Assembly: GCA_963801815.1 (NCBI GenBank)
Contig: CAWDGJ010000003.1
Coordinates: 736,001-800,000, forward strand
DNA from: an uncultured Verrucomicrobiae bacterium
GTDB taxonomy: Bacteria; Verrucomicrobiota; Verrucomicrobiia; Chthoniobacterales; UBA10450
Length of the DNA: 64,000 nt
Direction: 5' to 3'
The first letter of the stretch is position 1. Each line of letters opens with the position of its first letter. The translations under genes were made by a program, and so were the position numbers. Positions 27,207-37,225 of the stretch are shown here, piece after piece. The notes under the pieces were generated by a model. The model did not search any database. It was not told the origin of the DNA and saw nothing but the letters and a program-made list of their open reading frames with translations.

Positions 27207-28375
27207 TACGATTGCGGAGCCAAGCAGCGACGGGTCGATTCAAATTCGTCGAGCAACCCGAACAGGCCTTTGGCGAAATCGCGGCCGGTAAAGCGCCGCG
27301 CGCGCTCCGTGCCACGGCGAATCAGTTCTTCGCGCTTTGCTTTGTTCTGGAAAACCAGCTTGAGCGCGTCCGCGATTTCCAGGTCGTTCGAAGGATTCAC
27401 GCGGATCGCCGCGTCGCCGAGTTGTTCGTTCGCGCCTGGAACATCTGCGGCAATAACGGGGCATCCCAACCCAAATGCTTCCAGCGGCGGTAGATTTTCC
27501 GGTCCGAAAAAACTCACATAGCAAAGACAAAGCGCGTTTTGATAAAGCGCTTTCAAGGTTGAACGCGAAACATGTCCGAGAAGAAATATCTGGTCGCGCA
27601 ACTGCATCTTGTCGGCCAGTTCGCGCACGGCACGCTCATTTCCCTGATCTGAACCGGTGAAGACCACCGGCAACCGTAAATTCTCGGTCTCCTTGAGATG
27701 GCCGAGCGCTCTCACGATAGCGGCGTGATTCTTGTGCGTCCAGAATTGTGCCGGATAAAAAATGTAATCGGGAGGCAATTTGTACTTCGCAAGTCTTCCC
27801 TTATCGCGAGCAGTCTCCTCCAGAGCAAACTTCGGAGTTGGGTGTGGAAGAATTCTGATCTTTTCATCGGGCGTTCCATAAAACCTTTGAACTTCGTTCT
27901 TCCCCGCCTCGGTGCCGACAATGACAAACGCAGCATGTTTCAGGACCTGTGAATAAAAGATCTCACGCTTTTCCCACTCGCCATTCGCACTTACTTCGGG
28001 GAAGGACGGCTGGAGTCGATGCTGCAAATCCCAAACGAGGGCCGAGAAGGGAATGGTCAAAGTGACTGCCTCAAATGTCGTATTGAGGAAGAACTCGATT
28101 CCTTCCCGGTTCAGCACGTTGTCGATCCATCGGTGTTCCCAGGGAAATCTTCGCTTGCCCAGGACAAGGTGATCCGAGAGCGGTCGTTTCATGGTAACGT
28201 GTTTGAAGCCGGGCGACCGATTGCCTGCTTTGGCGCCACGAAAATTTTCAAAAACCACGAATTCGTGTTGCGAAGCGGGTGCCAATTCCAAGATGCGTTC
28301 GAAGATTTCCTGCTCGAAAGTGTAGCCGCCCCCGATCTCCTCCGGCGCAATGGGCGATAAAATGCCGACTCTCAT
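27206..28375 (-). CDS. Glycosyltransferase family 4
   Basis: DLQHR, YPAQFWTHKNH, LPPLEAFGLGCPVI. Confidence 0.88.
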   Translation of the reverse strand: MRVGILSPIAPEEIGGGYTFEQEIFERILELAPASQHEFVVFENFRGAKAGNRSPGFKHVTMKRPLSDHLVLGKRRFPWEHRWIDNVLNREGIEFFLNTTFEAVTLTIPFSALVWDLQHRLQPSFPEVSANGEWEKREIFYSQVLKHAAFVIVGTEAGKNEVQRFYGTPDEKIRILPHPTPKFALEETARDKGRLAKYKLPPDYIFYPAQFWTHKNHAAIVRALGHLKETENLRLPVVFTGSDQGNERAVRELADKMQLRDQIFLLGHVSRSTLKALYQNALCLCYVSFFGPENLPPLEAFGLGCPVIAADVPGANEQLGDAAIRVNPSNDLEIADALKLVFQNKAKREELIRRGTERARRFTGRDFAKGLFGLLDEFESTRRCLAPQS

Positions 28376-29139
28376 GTCTTGCGGGCGACAGCCACGATGT
28401 GCCAGGTATCATCGGTGATCGTCCCAGTTTTGTTGAAACCGGCGAAAAACTTCACGAGCTCAAAGTTTGCACCGGCAACAAAGGATTCCATTTCGTCGAC
28501 TGAGAAAAATCGATTGGTATGCGCTTCGCGCAAAATCGAAGACGAACCATTGCCGGCTTTCTCGTCGACCACATATTCAACATTGGCCAGTCGATTCTTG
28601 CGATCGAGGGTTGTAGTCGAGGTCCGAATAATCTCGCCGTTCGCGGTTTTCAATTTTCGGACTCGCGTCGGCGAATATTGATTCAACATCGGGGGCGCGT
28701 GCCAGAATTCGAAAATGAAAAGGCCGCCCGGACACAAATGATTCCAAATTTGAGTGAAGCCGTCGCGCAGCGCTTCGTCGGTTTTCAAATACCCGATCGA
28801 ATCGAACAAACAAATGACGGCGTCGAATTCTTTCCCCGGCAATTCAAACTGTCGCATGTCGACAGGCGCGAACACAACCTTCGAGCTGTTTTTGGACGCG
28901 CGCCGGCGCGCAATCTCCAGCATGTCGGGCGAGCGATCGGTTGCGGTGATTTGGTAACCGAATTTTTCGAGCTCAACAGCATGCCGGCCGGTGCCAGACG
29001 CCAGTTCTAAAATTTCGCGCGTTGGACGGGTCGCGAATTCCTGCAGGCAGTCGCGCACGAAGGCCGCTTCTGCTGCGTACGGTTTGTCCGCGTAAAAGAG
29101 ATCGTAGAGCTCGGCGTAGCGGCCGGCGTAATTCGTCAT
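28372..29139 (-). CDS. Class I SAM-dependent methyltransferase, sugar N-methyltransferase-like
   Basis: YAELYDLFY, LELASGTGRH, FDAVICLFDSIGY. Start ATG 29139 overlaps the upstream stop. Confidence 0.8.
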   Translation of the reverse strand: MTNYAGRYAELYDLFYADKPYAAEAAFVRDCLQEFATRPTREILELASGTGRHAVELEKFGYQITATDRSPDMLEIARRRASKNSSKVVFAPVDMRQFELPGKEFDAVICLFDSIGYLKTDEALRDGFTQIWNHLCPGGLFIFEFWHAPPMLNQYSPTRVRKLKTANGEIIRTSTTTLDRKNRLANVEYVVDEKAGNGSSSILREAHTNRFFSVDEMESFVAGANFELVKFFAGFNKTGTITDDTWHIVAVARKT

Positions 29140-30266
29140 GCCGTGACTTTCGTTCTGGCCGTTGCCGCGATATGGGAAACGGTCTCGACGATTTTGCGAA
29201 TCGTTTTCTCCGGCAACGTCGCACTCGATGGCAAATAGAACCCGGTGTTCCAAAGAGATTCGGCGACGGGACAATCAACTCGCCGATAGCCCGGCTGCTT
29301 TTGCAACACCGGCTGAAGATTCATCGGACAAAAAAACGTGCGCGTGTCGACACCTGCTTCGCGCAGTCGAGATTGTAATTCGTCGCGAGACATTTCGAAC
29401 TCTGGTTGGACTACGACGCCGTACATCCAGTAAATGTGCCGGCCCCGCTTCGCCGGAACGGGAATTTGCAGCCCGCGAAGATTGCTCAGGAGTCCGTTGT
29501 AAGTATTCGCGACGCGAATTTTATCAGCAATGATCTTTTCGATTTTGCTGTGCTGGACCAGCCCCATCGCGGCTTGATAACCGGTCATTCGGAAATTGTA
29601 CCCGGCGACCTCGTGCCGAAAACGCGGTGTGGTGAACCCGAGATTCCGCAACAGTTTAAGTTTTTCGGCAAGCTTCGAGTTGTTGGTCACAATCATTCCG
29701 CCTTCCCCGGTGGTGATGATTTTGTTCGCGTAAAAGCTGAAACAGCCCATCTCACCGAAGCTGCCGGTTTTTTGATCGCAAAAGGTTGCACCGTGAGATT
29801 CGGCACAGTCTTCGATCACTGCGAGATTGTGTTTCCGCGCAATCTGGCAAAGACGATCCATATCGACGGGATGACCGAAGAGGTGAACCGGTATGATCGC
29901 GCGCGTACGCGGGGTGATTAAGTCTTCGATTAAATCGAGATCCAAATTCCAGGTGTTCGGTTCGGAATCGACAGGAATGGGCACGAGATTGTTGTGATAG
30001 GCGGCGAGCGCGGTGGCAATGTTCGTGGACGCGCTGACCAAAATCTCTTCGCCGGATTCGAGTTCCAGCGCGGCGACAGCAAGCTGGAGAGCCGCCGTCC
30101 CGCTGCTGAGTGCGATTCCAAACTTGCACCCGCAATAATCGGCGAACGCTTGTTCAAAGTGTGGAATCGATTCGCCAAAAGAGCCCGAGATTTCACCGCG
30201 TCGAATCGCCTCGGCGACCGCCGCGATCTCTTCTTCGCCGATATCCGGCTCAAAAACGGGAATCAT
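29136..30266 (-). CDS. DegT/DnrJ sugar aminotransferase (perosamine synthase-like)
   Basis: IEDCAESHGA, FSFYANKIITTGEGGM, GYNFRMT. Confidence 0.88.
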   Translation of the reverse strand: MIPVFEPDIGEEEIAAVAEAIRRGEISGSFGESIPHFEQAFADYCGCKFGIALSSGTAALQLAVAALELESGEEILVSASTNIATALAAYHNNLVPIPVDSEPNTWNLDLDLIEDLITPRTRAIIPVHLFGHPVDMDRLCQIARKHNLAVIEDCAESHGATFCDQKTGSFGEMGCFSFYANKIITTGEGGMIVTNNSKLAEKLKLLRNLGFTTPRFRHEVAGYNFRMTGYQAAMGLVQHSKIEKIIADKIRVANTYNGLLSNLRGLQIPVPAKRGRHIYWMYGVVVQPEFEMSRDELQSRLREAGVDTRTFFCPMNLQPVLQKQPGYRRVDCPVAESLWNTGFYLPSSATLPEKTIRKIVETVSHIAATARTKVTA

Positions 30267-30325
30267 TATTTAAGAGGTGACGAGTGACATGTGACCGGTG
30301 ACCAACAAGACCATTTTATTTCATC

Positions 30326-30748
30326 CTAATCGGAGGCCTTCTTCACGTTGACGTTGATCTTATCATTTTCGGTGCCCAGAAACGGTCCCTGTTTTACGCT
30401 CACTGCCTGAAAATCTTCCAGCACCCGGAGTGCGTGAACCCCGTGGATCAAAACAATCGCATCGCCCGGTCCAAGCTCAATCTCGCGCAACCGTTTGCCG
30501 TCATCGCTGTAAAGGTCGATCACAATGCGACCGCGCTGCATGACGAACATTTGCTGGAGATCGCTGACTTCGCGCGGGAACGGCTTGTGGTAGTGGGGCG
30601 GCTCTGAAAATCCCGCCCGGTGGGCAAGGAGACCAAACTGAAACGACGACTCCGGCGGCGAAAAGAATTGTGTTTTGTCGACCGAGACGTTAGCGCGAAT
30701 GACTTCCGCGTATTTGATTCCGCCGTAGGTAATGACCTCCGCAGTCAT
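30326..30748 (-). CDS. Cupin-fold protein of polysaccharide clusters
   Basis: PHYH, GDAIVLIHGVH, VKQGPF. Confidence 0.7.
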   Translation of the reverse strand: MTAEVITYGGIKYAEVIRANVSVDKTQFFSPPESSFQFGLLAHRAGFSEPPHYHKPFPREVSDLQQMFVMQRGRIVIDLYSDDGKRLREIELGPGDAIVLIHGVHALRVLEDFQAVSVKQGPFLGTENDKINVNVKKASD

Positions 30749-31080
30749 GACATGTGGGGGCCGAGCGAGCCCAACCCGGCGAGTTTGTTTTGGCGAAGGT
30801 CGTAAACTTCCATGTTTTCAATCGTCTGAAATCGCTCCGGGCCCGTGAGATAGTTTAGTTTTCCATATTTATCTCGCGAATCGCGCCAACGCGCATCGAT
30901 GCTCAGAAGTCCGATCTCCCCGCTAAAGCCGGAATCTCGCAAAAGATCGTTGATATTGTCGCGCGAGATCCAGGCGCATTTTGCGATCAGAGAATGGCGC
31001 CAGTAAGACGAATATATCTCGCCCCGCATCTCGGCCAACTCGCTGCGAAGCCGCGAAGAATTATTGAACGGGAACATCAT
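30745..31080 (-). pseudogene. Internally deleted remnant of a polysaccharide-cluster (FkbM-like) protein
   Basis: Keeps AWISRDNINDLL..GEIGLLSID joined directly to a C-terminal-type RWRDSRD..GKLNYL..VYD segment. The IDGNDY segment expected after LLSID is missing (recalled family pattern). Confidence 0.5.
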
Positions 31081-31120
31081 GCGAATCGAATTTGGACATG
31101 AAAAGGTCCGAATGTGCGGC

Positions 31121-32434
31121 TCAAGTCACCATTGAAACGGCATCCTTGCGAACCGGTGATTGCGGGTAAACGTCGTCCGCTTTTTGCCAAGTTACATTCG
31201 CATAAATATGACCGAGCTCTTCGCTTGAGAACCCATCGAACCTGTCTGCGATCGTGGCAACGATTTTAAAAGTGAGCGCCTGCGGGCGCCGATCGTAAAG
31301 CTTTGTTCTCGGCGTGTGCAGAGCAAGAGTGATGGAATAGCTTCCCGGCAGTAGCAAACGGCCGGGAATGAGGGCCGCAATTTTGTGTTCGCCAGGTGTT
31401 TCAATTGAAATCGCCGGTTCCGCCATTGAGGTAGTGGAATAAAAAACATGGTCGCCCTTGAAATTGAAGACGTCGAATGAGAGCTGGAGACCCGGGATTT
31501 GGCGGTGCACGTTGAATAAACATTTAAGAAGCACCGGCTCACTGGTGTTGAAGGAAGTTGTGGTCTGGCCGCCGGGCCCGTACAAACCCGCGAAGCCGAG
31601 GACTGCGTCGCCATCCTTTTGGGGGAAGTGAATGATTGGAGCGTGCTGTGGTTCTTGTTCGCCGCCCAAATAAGCGCCCACCACCTCGGACGTATCGCCG
31701 GATTTAGCAATCTCACCTTGCCGTAGCAGGATACATCGAGAGCAAAGCCGGCAAATCGCATCCATGTTGTGGCTGACGAAGATTACCGTTCGTCCTTCTT
31801 TTGCCGCGACGTCTTCCATCTTCGCGAGACACTTTTTCTGAAACTCGGCGTCGCCCACGGCGAGAACTTCGTCGATTAACAGAATTTCGGGATCGAGATG
31901 GGCCGCGACAGCGAAGGCGAGTCGCACGTACATTCCACTGGAGTAACGTTTGACCGGCGTGTCGAGAAATCTTTCGACCTCCGAGAAGGCCACGATCTCG
32001 TCGAATTTCCGTCTAATCTCGGCGCGAGTCATTCCAAGGATTGCGCCGTTGAGGAAAATGTTTTCGCGACCGGTTAGTTCCGGATGAAATCCGGTGCCGA
32101 CTTCGAGGAGCGCGCCGATGCGACCGTAGATGTCGACTCCACCCGTTGTCGGTTCGGTGATGCGGTTGAGGATTTTCAACAGCGTGCTCTTACCCGCGCC
32201 GTTACTTCCGATAATGCCGAGCACCTCACTCTTCTTGATATCGAGCGAAATGTTTTTGAGCGCCCAAAATGTTTCGTGGGTGGGCTTCCCATTGCGACTC
32301 AGCCGGTTGATCAGGCGCCGGGGCAGATTGATGAGCTCGTCGTGCAATGTTTTATAGCCGGGCCGGCCGGTGCGTTGATGCTCGATCCGGAAGGACTTGC
32401 TCAGGTCCTGAATGGAAAGGGCGATGTCGGACAT
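31121..32434 (-). CDS. wzt: Polysaccharide ABC transporter ATPase with C-terminal carbohydrate-binding domain
   Basis: GSNGAGKST, YSSGMYVRLAF, DEVLAVGD, C-terminal LLPGSYSI extension. Confidence 0.92.
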   Translation of the reverse strand: MSDIALSIQDLSKSFRIEHQRTGRPGYKTLHDELINLPRRLINRLSRNGKPTHETFWALKNISLDIKKSEVLGIIGSNGAGKSTLLKILNRITEPTTGGVDIYGRIGALLEVGTGFHPELTGRENIFLNGAILGMTRAEIRRKFDEIVAFSEVERFLDTPVKRYSSGMYVRLAFAVAAHLDPEILLIDEVLAVGDAEFQKKCLAKMEDVAAKEGRTVIFVSHNMDAICRLCSRCILLRQGEIAKSGDTSEVVGAYLGGEQEPQHAPIIHFPQKDGDAVLGFAGLYGPGGQTTTSFNTSEPVLLKCLFNVHRQIPGLQLSFDVFNFKGDHVFYSTTSMAEPAISIETPGEHKIAALIPGRLLLPGSYSITLALHTPRTKLYDRRPQALTFKIVATIADRFDGFSSEELGHIYANVTWQKADDVYPQSPVRKDAVSMVT

Positions 32435-32449
32435 GGTCGTTCCCGAGAA

Positions 32450-33355
32450 TTAAATGATGTCGGCAAAGTCGCGCTCGACGCGACGAAAGAAAAACGCGCC
32501 GCTGAGCAGCACAAAGACTGACATTCCGATCGTGATCCACAACATTGTGGGAGTGAGCGCGCTGCGACCGAGCACACACCAGCGAAAGCCTTCGACAAAT
32601 CCAACGACGGGATTGAGCGCAAACAACGACCGTCGCAAGTCCGACGTAATCATCGTTGTGGGATAAACCACGGCGCTGGCGTACATCCAAATCTGGAGAA
32701 AGAGAGGCAACGCGTAATTGGTGTCGCGGTATTTCACGCTGAGCGCCGAGAACCAGAGGGCAACGCCGGTAGCAGTGATGGCGGTAAGAAGTAAAAATCC
32801 CGGGATCGCCAGCAGTCGCACGGTTGGCGCGATATGGTAAAAAGCCATCATCGCGAATAGCATGACCAGCATGATGACAAAGTCGACCAACGTCGAAAAC
32901 GTGTGCGAAAGCGGAATCAACATCCGCGGGAAATAAACTTTCGAGACGAGCTGAGCGTTGTTAATCAAACTTGTGCTGCTGCGTTGCGCGGTCTGCGAGA
33001 AATCGTACCACGCCGTCCAGCCGCAAAAAACGAACAAGAAATACGGCGCGCCGTCGCTTGGAAGTTTGGCGACCCGGCCAAAAACAATCCCAAGAACGAT
33101 CGCGGCAATCAGCGGCTGCAGGGCAACCCAGGTGATGCCAAGCGCGGTCTGCTTGTAAATCACCTTGATGTTGCGTTCGACAAGGATCCAAAGCAGATCG
33201 CGATAGCTCCAGAGCTCGCGCAAGTTCAGCGCGGCCCATCCCGTGGTCCGACGAATTCGCAGGGTGGGCTCTTCGCTTCGAGCGGCCGCGAGCCCCGACG
33301 TTTGAAGTGCATCCGGATCAGTGACAGCGATGGACGTTTCCGTATTCAAAACCAT
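32450..33355 (-). CDS. wzm: Polysaccharide ABC transporter permease
   Basis: YKQTALGITW, KVYFPR, YRD, LNPVVGFVEGFRW, FADII. Confidence 0.92.
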   Translation of the reverse strand: MVLNTETSIAVTDPDALQTSGLAAARSEEPTLRIRRTTGWAALNLRELWSYRDLLWILVERNIKVIYKQTALGITWVALQPLIAAIVLGIVFGRVAKLPSDGAPYFLFVFCGWTAWYDFSQTAQRSSTSLINNAQLVSKVYFPRMLIPLSHTFSTLVDFVIMLVMLFAMMAFYHIAPTVRLLAIPGFLLLTAITATGVALWFSALSVKYRDTNYALPLFLQIWMYASAVVYPTTMITSDLRRSLFALNPVVGFVEGFRWCVLGRSALTPTMLWITIGMSVFVLLSGAFFFRRVERDFADII

Positions 33356-33469
33356 CAATTTTAAGATAGGCCTACCCCGGCGCAAGTGAACGAGGCACCT
33401 GGCAGCGCCATGCGGCGAAGTTGTGACGTACTATTAAGAGCCAAGTGCGCCTGTAGTTGAATACCGGGG

Positions 33470-34859
33470 TTAGAACGAGAGGTAATCGTATTTGGGCAGG
33501 AAAATGCCATTTCCGGTTTGTCTATTTTGTCGATAGGAGGATGGATCGTTTTGCAAATCGCTCTTCAGCCGGCCTAAATCGGCGGACGAACCAATTTCAA
33601 GACCTTCCAGCCTCGCCAGACCGGCTTTCCGCCTCTGCTCTGGAATCGTGACTGGGTGCTCCAACAAATCGAACAGGAATTCGCCGTCTCTCAGTATTGT
33701 GACGGCACAATTTTGACGGAGAGACTCAGCGACATAGTAGGAGCGTTGAATGCCGCCACCAATTCCAATCACGAGGCCTAAAATCATTCCCACTATGACC
33801 GCCTTGCGCTGAAATTCTCGCATGCCAGTTCCGGTTTGAATCTGAGTGTAGACGTAGCCAATTGCGATTGAGATCGCGGTCATGAAAGTCAGCGTCGGTA
33901 ACGCGATCCCGAATGGCCTGCCAATTCCCAGCGCGGGCAGGCAGAGGAGAGCGCCCAGGGAACAAGCGCCCAAGAATTGCCAACCGACGCGCGGACGGGC
34001 GAGCTTTACGAACATCGAAACAAGTCCAACCACAAAGATGATCCACGACACTCCGAACAGGGTGTCGGCAGTTCCCACCATTTTGATGCCGCCCGGCATC
34101 GAGGAGGCGCCAATCGCGGTGACCAGTCTTTTTACTGCACCAAAATTGAACTTAGGCGAGAGCGCGTTGGGGACCAGAAGGTGCCACAACAGGTAATGGA
34201 GTGAGACGATTGCTAACAGACTCAATGCCGCGATCGCAACTCTGCGGCATTGGTTGCGATCAAAGGAAGAGATTAGCCAAAGAACCGGCAGAACTACCGG
34301 AAGGGTATAGGCTTCTTCGCGGGTAAGCGTGGCCAAGGTGCAGGCCACCAACATAAGGAAGAAAAAAACTCCCCGGCCTTTCTTCGTCCAAAGAACAAAG
34401 CAGTACCGCCGTGAGGACGATCCAGATGTAGGCGAGGATCAAATGGCTAAGACTGATCCAGAGAACCAAAGAGGCGAAGATTCTGGACGAAACAAATAAC
34501 CCAAAGACTACCACGAGTTGCGTAAAGCTGAGTCCGACCTCGAGTAACAGCATGCCGGCCGTGATCATGAATATGCCGATCAAGACAACCATGAAGACGC
34601 GATGTGCGACAACGTTCTCGCCGAACACGGAGCCTTGGAAATCGTAAAGAAAGATGCTGCACGGCCGCAGACCCGGGGTTTCGATTTTGTCCGGATCGGG
34701 TTCGGCATGAAAAGCGGACCGAATTTCCACGGCGCTGTATGGCCGGATTAAATGAAAGTCGTCCCAAAAAAACGGATATCGAAATGTGGATGCGAAAAGA
34801 GCGGACCAAATCAGCAGAAGCAATCCGACCAGGGCAGATACTTTGCCGATTCTTTGCAT
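33470..34859 (-). pseudogene. Polytopic membrane protein (GT-C-like) split by a +1 frameshift near 34406
   Basis: ORFs 34260..34859 and 33470..34354 join if one G of GCG-G-TAC is removed (..VLTAYCFVLWTKKGRGVFFFLMLVAC..). N-terminal FFWDDF motif. Confidence 0.7.
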
Positions 34860-34925
34860 TAATATCGTTTGGATTTCTCGCGTTTGCTGTGGCTCAGCGA
34901 ATGATCGAGTCGACTGGGTTGCCTC

Positions 34926-36185
34926 TCACTGCACTCGTGGCTTTGGCAACGGAATAATGTAGCGACCCTTGTAGCCTCGTGCAGTCAGTTTTGGGATGAG
35001 TTCGTCGGCGATGTGCCAGGATAATAACAGGGCGTATTCGGGCTGGTCCGCAAATAGCCGCTCCTCTTCCACAACGGGAATCGTTGTCCCGGGAACATAT
35101 TTTCCAATTTTGTAAGAGCCCTTGATCTCCAGTACACATTCCAGGATGCCATTATCCAAGCCGACGTAATTAATCAGGGTACTGGCACGTGACGGAGCAC
35201 CGACACCATAAATGCGAGTTCCGGCCCCTTTGATCTCCTTGATCAACGCGAGCAGGTCGAGTTTGGTCTGCGTGACCGCGCGCGCGAACTCGGCCAGAGT
35301 CTGTTTTGTAATGCTTCGCTTTTCGAGCTCGAGTAACTGATTCACAGCGGGGTCTACCGGATACTTACCTTTCTTCGCCGAATAGACGCGGATCGATCCG
35401 CCATGAGTTGGAATGCGGCGCGCGTAAATGATTTCGAATCCGTGCATTTCGAGCAAATACTTCAACGCTGTGAGTGAGTAGTAACGCAGATGCTCGTGAT
35501 AGATCGTGTCGTATTGAAGCGTTTCGATCAAAGCCAGCAGGTAGTGTGATTCCGAGATAAAGATGCCGTCGCCGGAGAGAAGCCCATCAATACAGTCCAC
35601 GATCTCGTGAATGTCTTCGATGTGGGCAAAGACATTCGTAGCGGTGACGATTTTCGCTTTTCCATGCGCTGTCACCGCCTTTTCCACCGCGTCGCAATTG
35701 AAAAAAGAAGTCAAAGTCGGGATGCCGCGTTGGGCCGCGAGTTTCCCCGCGTTGGTCGGTTCGATTCCGAAAACTCGCGCGTGCTGAGTGAAATTGCTCA
35801 AGAGCGTTCCGTCGTTGGAACCGATATCGACGATGAGCTCGGATTTCTTCAACGGATAACGCTCTGCGATCTCTTTGGATAACTGGGCGAAGTTATCGCG
35901 GAGAATCCTGGTGGTTCCGCTGGTGTAAGGATATGTGGGCGGAAAGAGAATCGCCGGGTCGACGATCAGTCCAATCTGGACGAGCTGGCACTGATTGCAG
36001 TGCAGTAATTCCGCGGGATAAGCCGGCTGTTCCGCGGGGCGACTTCCAATCGGTGGCATGGTGTTGACGGGCGGGAGGTAGCCAATGAAGAGGACGCTAT
36101 CGAGGTCGGGAGAATCACAGATCTGACAGCGTTCGACTACCACGCTCGAGTTAGTCCCAGCGGCAAGTTTTCTCTGTCGAATCAT
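34926..36185 (-). CDS. NDP-hexose C-methyltransferase family protein
   Basis: Zn-site CQIC...CNQC, YPYTSGT, DIGSNDG, DTIYHEH, THGGSIR, YGVGAPSR. Confidence 0.85.
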   Translation of the reverse strand: MIRQRKLAAGTNSSVVVERCQICDSPDLDSVLFIGYLPPVNTMPPIGSRPAEQPAYPAELLHCNQCQLVQIGLIVDPAILFPPTYPYTSGTTRILRDNFAQLSKEIAERYPLKKSELIVDIGSNDGTLLSNFTQHARVFGIEPTNAGKLAAQRGIPTLTSFFNCDAVEKAVTAHGKAKIVTATNVFAHIEDIHEIVDCIDGLLSGDGIFISESHYLLALIETLQYDTIYHEHLRYYSLTALKYLLEMHGFEIIYARRIPTHGGSIRVYSAKKGKYPVDPAVNQLLELEKRSITKQTLAEFARAVTQTKLDLLALIKEIKGAGTRIYGVGAPSRASTLINYVGLDNGILECVLEIKGSYKIGKYVPGTTIPVVEEERLFADQPEYALLLSWHIADELIPKLTARGYKGRYIIPLPKPRVQ

Positions 36186-37201
36186 TGATTGTTCCCGCTC
36201 GAAGGTTTTCGATGCGCGTTGGCATCATACCATTGCACCGTCGGCGCCAGTCCATCCCGGAGAGTTGTTCGTGGCTCGAATCCCAATCCGCGCAGCTTGG
36301 AAATATCGGGACAACGCCGGCCCGGACTGCCACGACGCAATTCACCGGGCGCGATTTCGAGATTCAGGCCGAAATACCGGCTGATCTCGTGAGCCAACTG
36401 CGCGATGGAGATCTCGTGATCATTGCCGACGTGATAGACACCGAGGTGCTCGCCCTGTTCCATAACGCGAAGGGCGCCGTCGATTGCGTCATCGATATAG
36501 ATGAAAGCGCGGGTCTCCTCTCCAGTGCCCTGAATCTCAAACGGGGTAGGGCGTTTGTTGTCTCTGGGCAGTTTGCGCATTCGCAGTGTGAATTCAGGGA
36601 TGACATGTTCCCATCCCATGTCCGGGCCGTAAACATTGTGAGGCCGGAGAACCACCACGCGCTGAAAATGCTTGCGGCCAAAATTTAGCGTGAGCAATTC
36701 GCTGATAATCTTGCCTCCACTGTAGGAGTAACGCGGATTCAAGACATCTGGGACGATGAGCGGAGCAGTTTCGTCTGTCGGCACCTTGGCCGGCGCGTAG
36801 TAAACTTCGGAGCTGGAAAACAGGACCAGCTCGGGCACTTCATGCGTAAGACACGCATCGAGCACGTTCACCATCCCTTTGACCGCGACTTCCAGAACCG
36901 TCTCCGGTTTGGTGTAGAAGAATTCCGTGCCGTTGATGTAAGCGAGGTGACAAACGGCATCGACGCCACGCGCCGCCTTGTTGACAGCATCACTGTCGCG
37001 AATGTCACCGAGAATCAGATCCACCTTGCGCGCTTCCTGGCCGAGCTTCTCTTCAGAGCCACGCGAATTGTTGTCGAACACACGGACACGCGCTCCTGCC
37101 GTCAACAAAGCTTTCACCAATGCGGCCCCAATGAAACCAGTGCCGCCAGTGACGAGATAGTGCTTACCGGAAAGCCGGGACTCTTTTGTCGAATTCGTCA
37201 T
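36182..37201 (-). CDS. NAD-dependent sugar epimerase/dehydratase
   Basis: TGGTGFIG, SSSEVY, YSGGK, RPHNVYGP. Confidence 0.88.
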   Translation of the reverse strand: MTNSTKESRLSGKHYLVTGGTGFIGAALVKALLTAGARVRVFDNNSRGSEEKLGQEARKVDLILGDIRDSDAVNKAARGVDAVCHLAYINGTEFFYTKPETVLEVAVKGMVNVLDACLTHEVPELVLFSSSEVYYAPAKVPTDETAPLIVPDVLNPRYSYSGGKIISELLTLNFGRKHFQRVVVLRPHNVYGPDMGWEHVIPEFTLRMRKLPRDNKRPTPFEIQGTGEETRAFIYIDDAIDGALRVMEQGEHLGVYHVGNDHEISIAQLAHEISRYFGLNLEIAPGELRRGSPGRRCPDISKLRGLGFEPRTTLRDGLAPTVQWYDANAHRKPSSGNNQ

Positions 37202-37225
37202 TTGAAAAACGCGCGGCTCTTCTAA

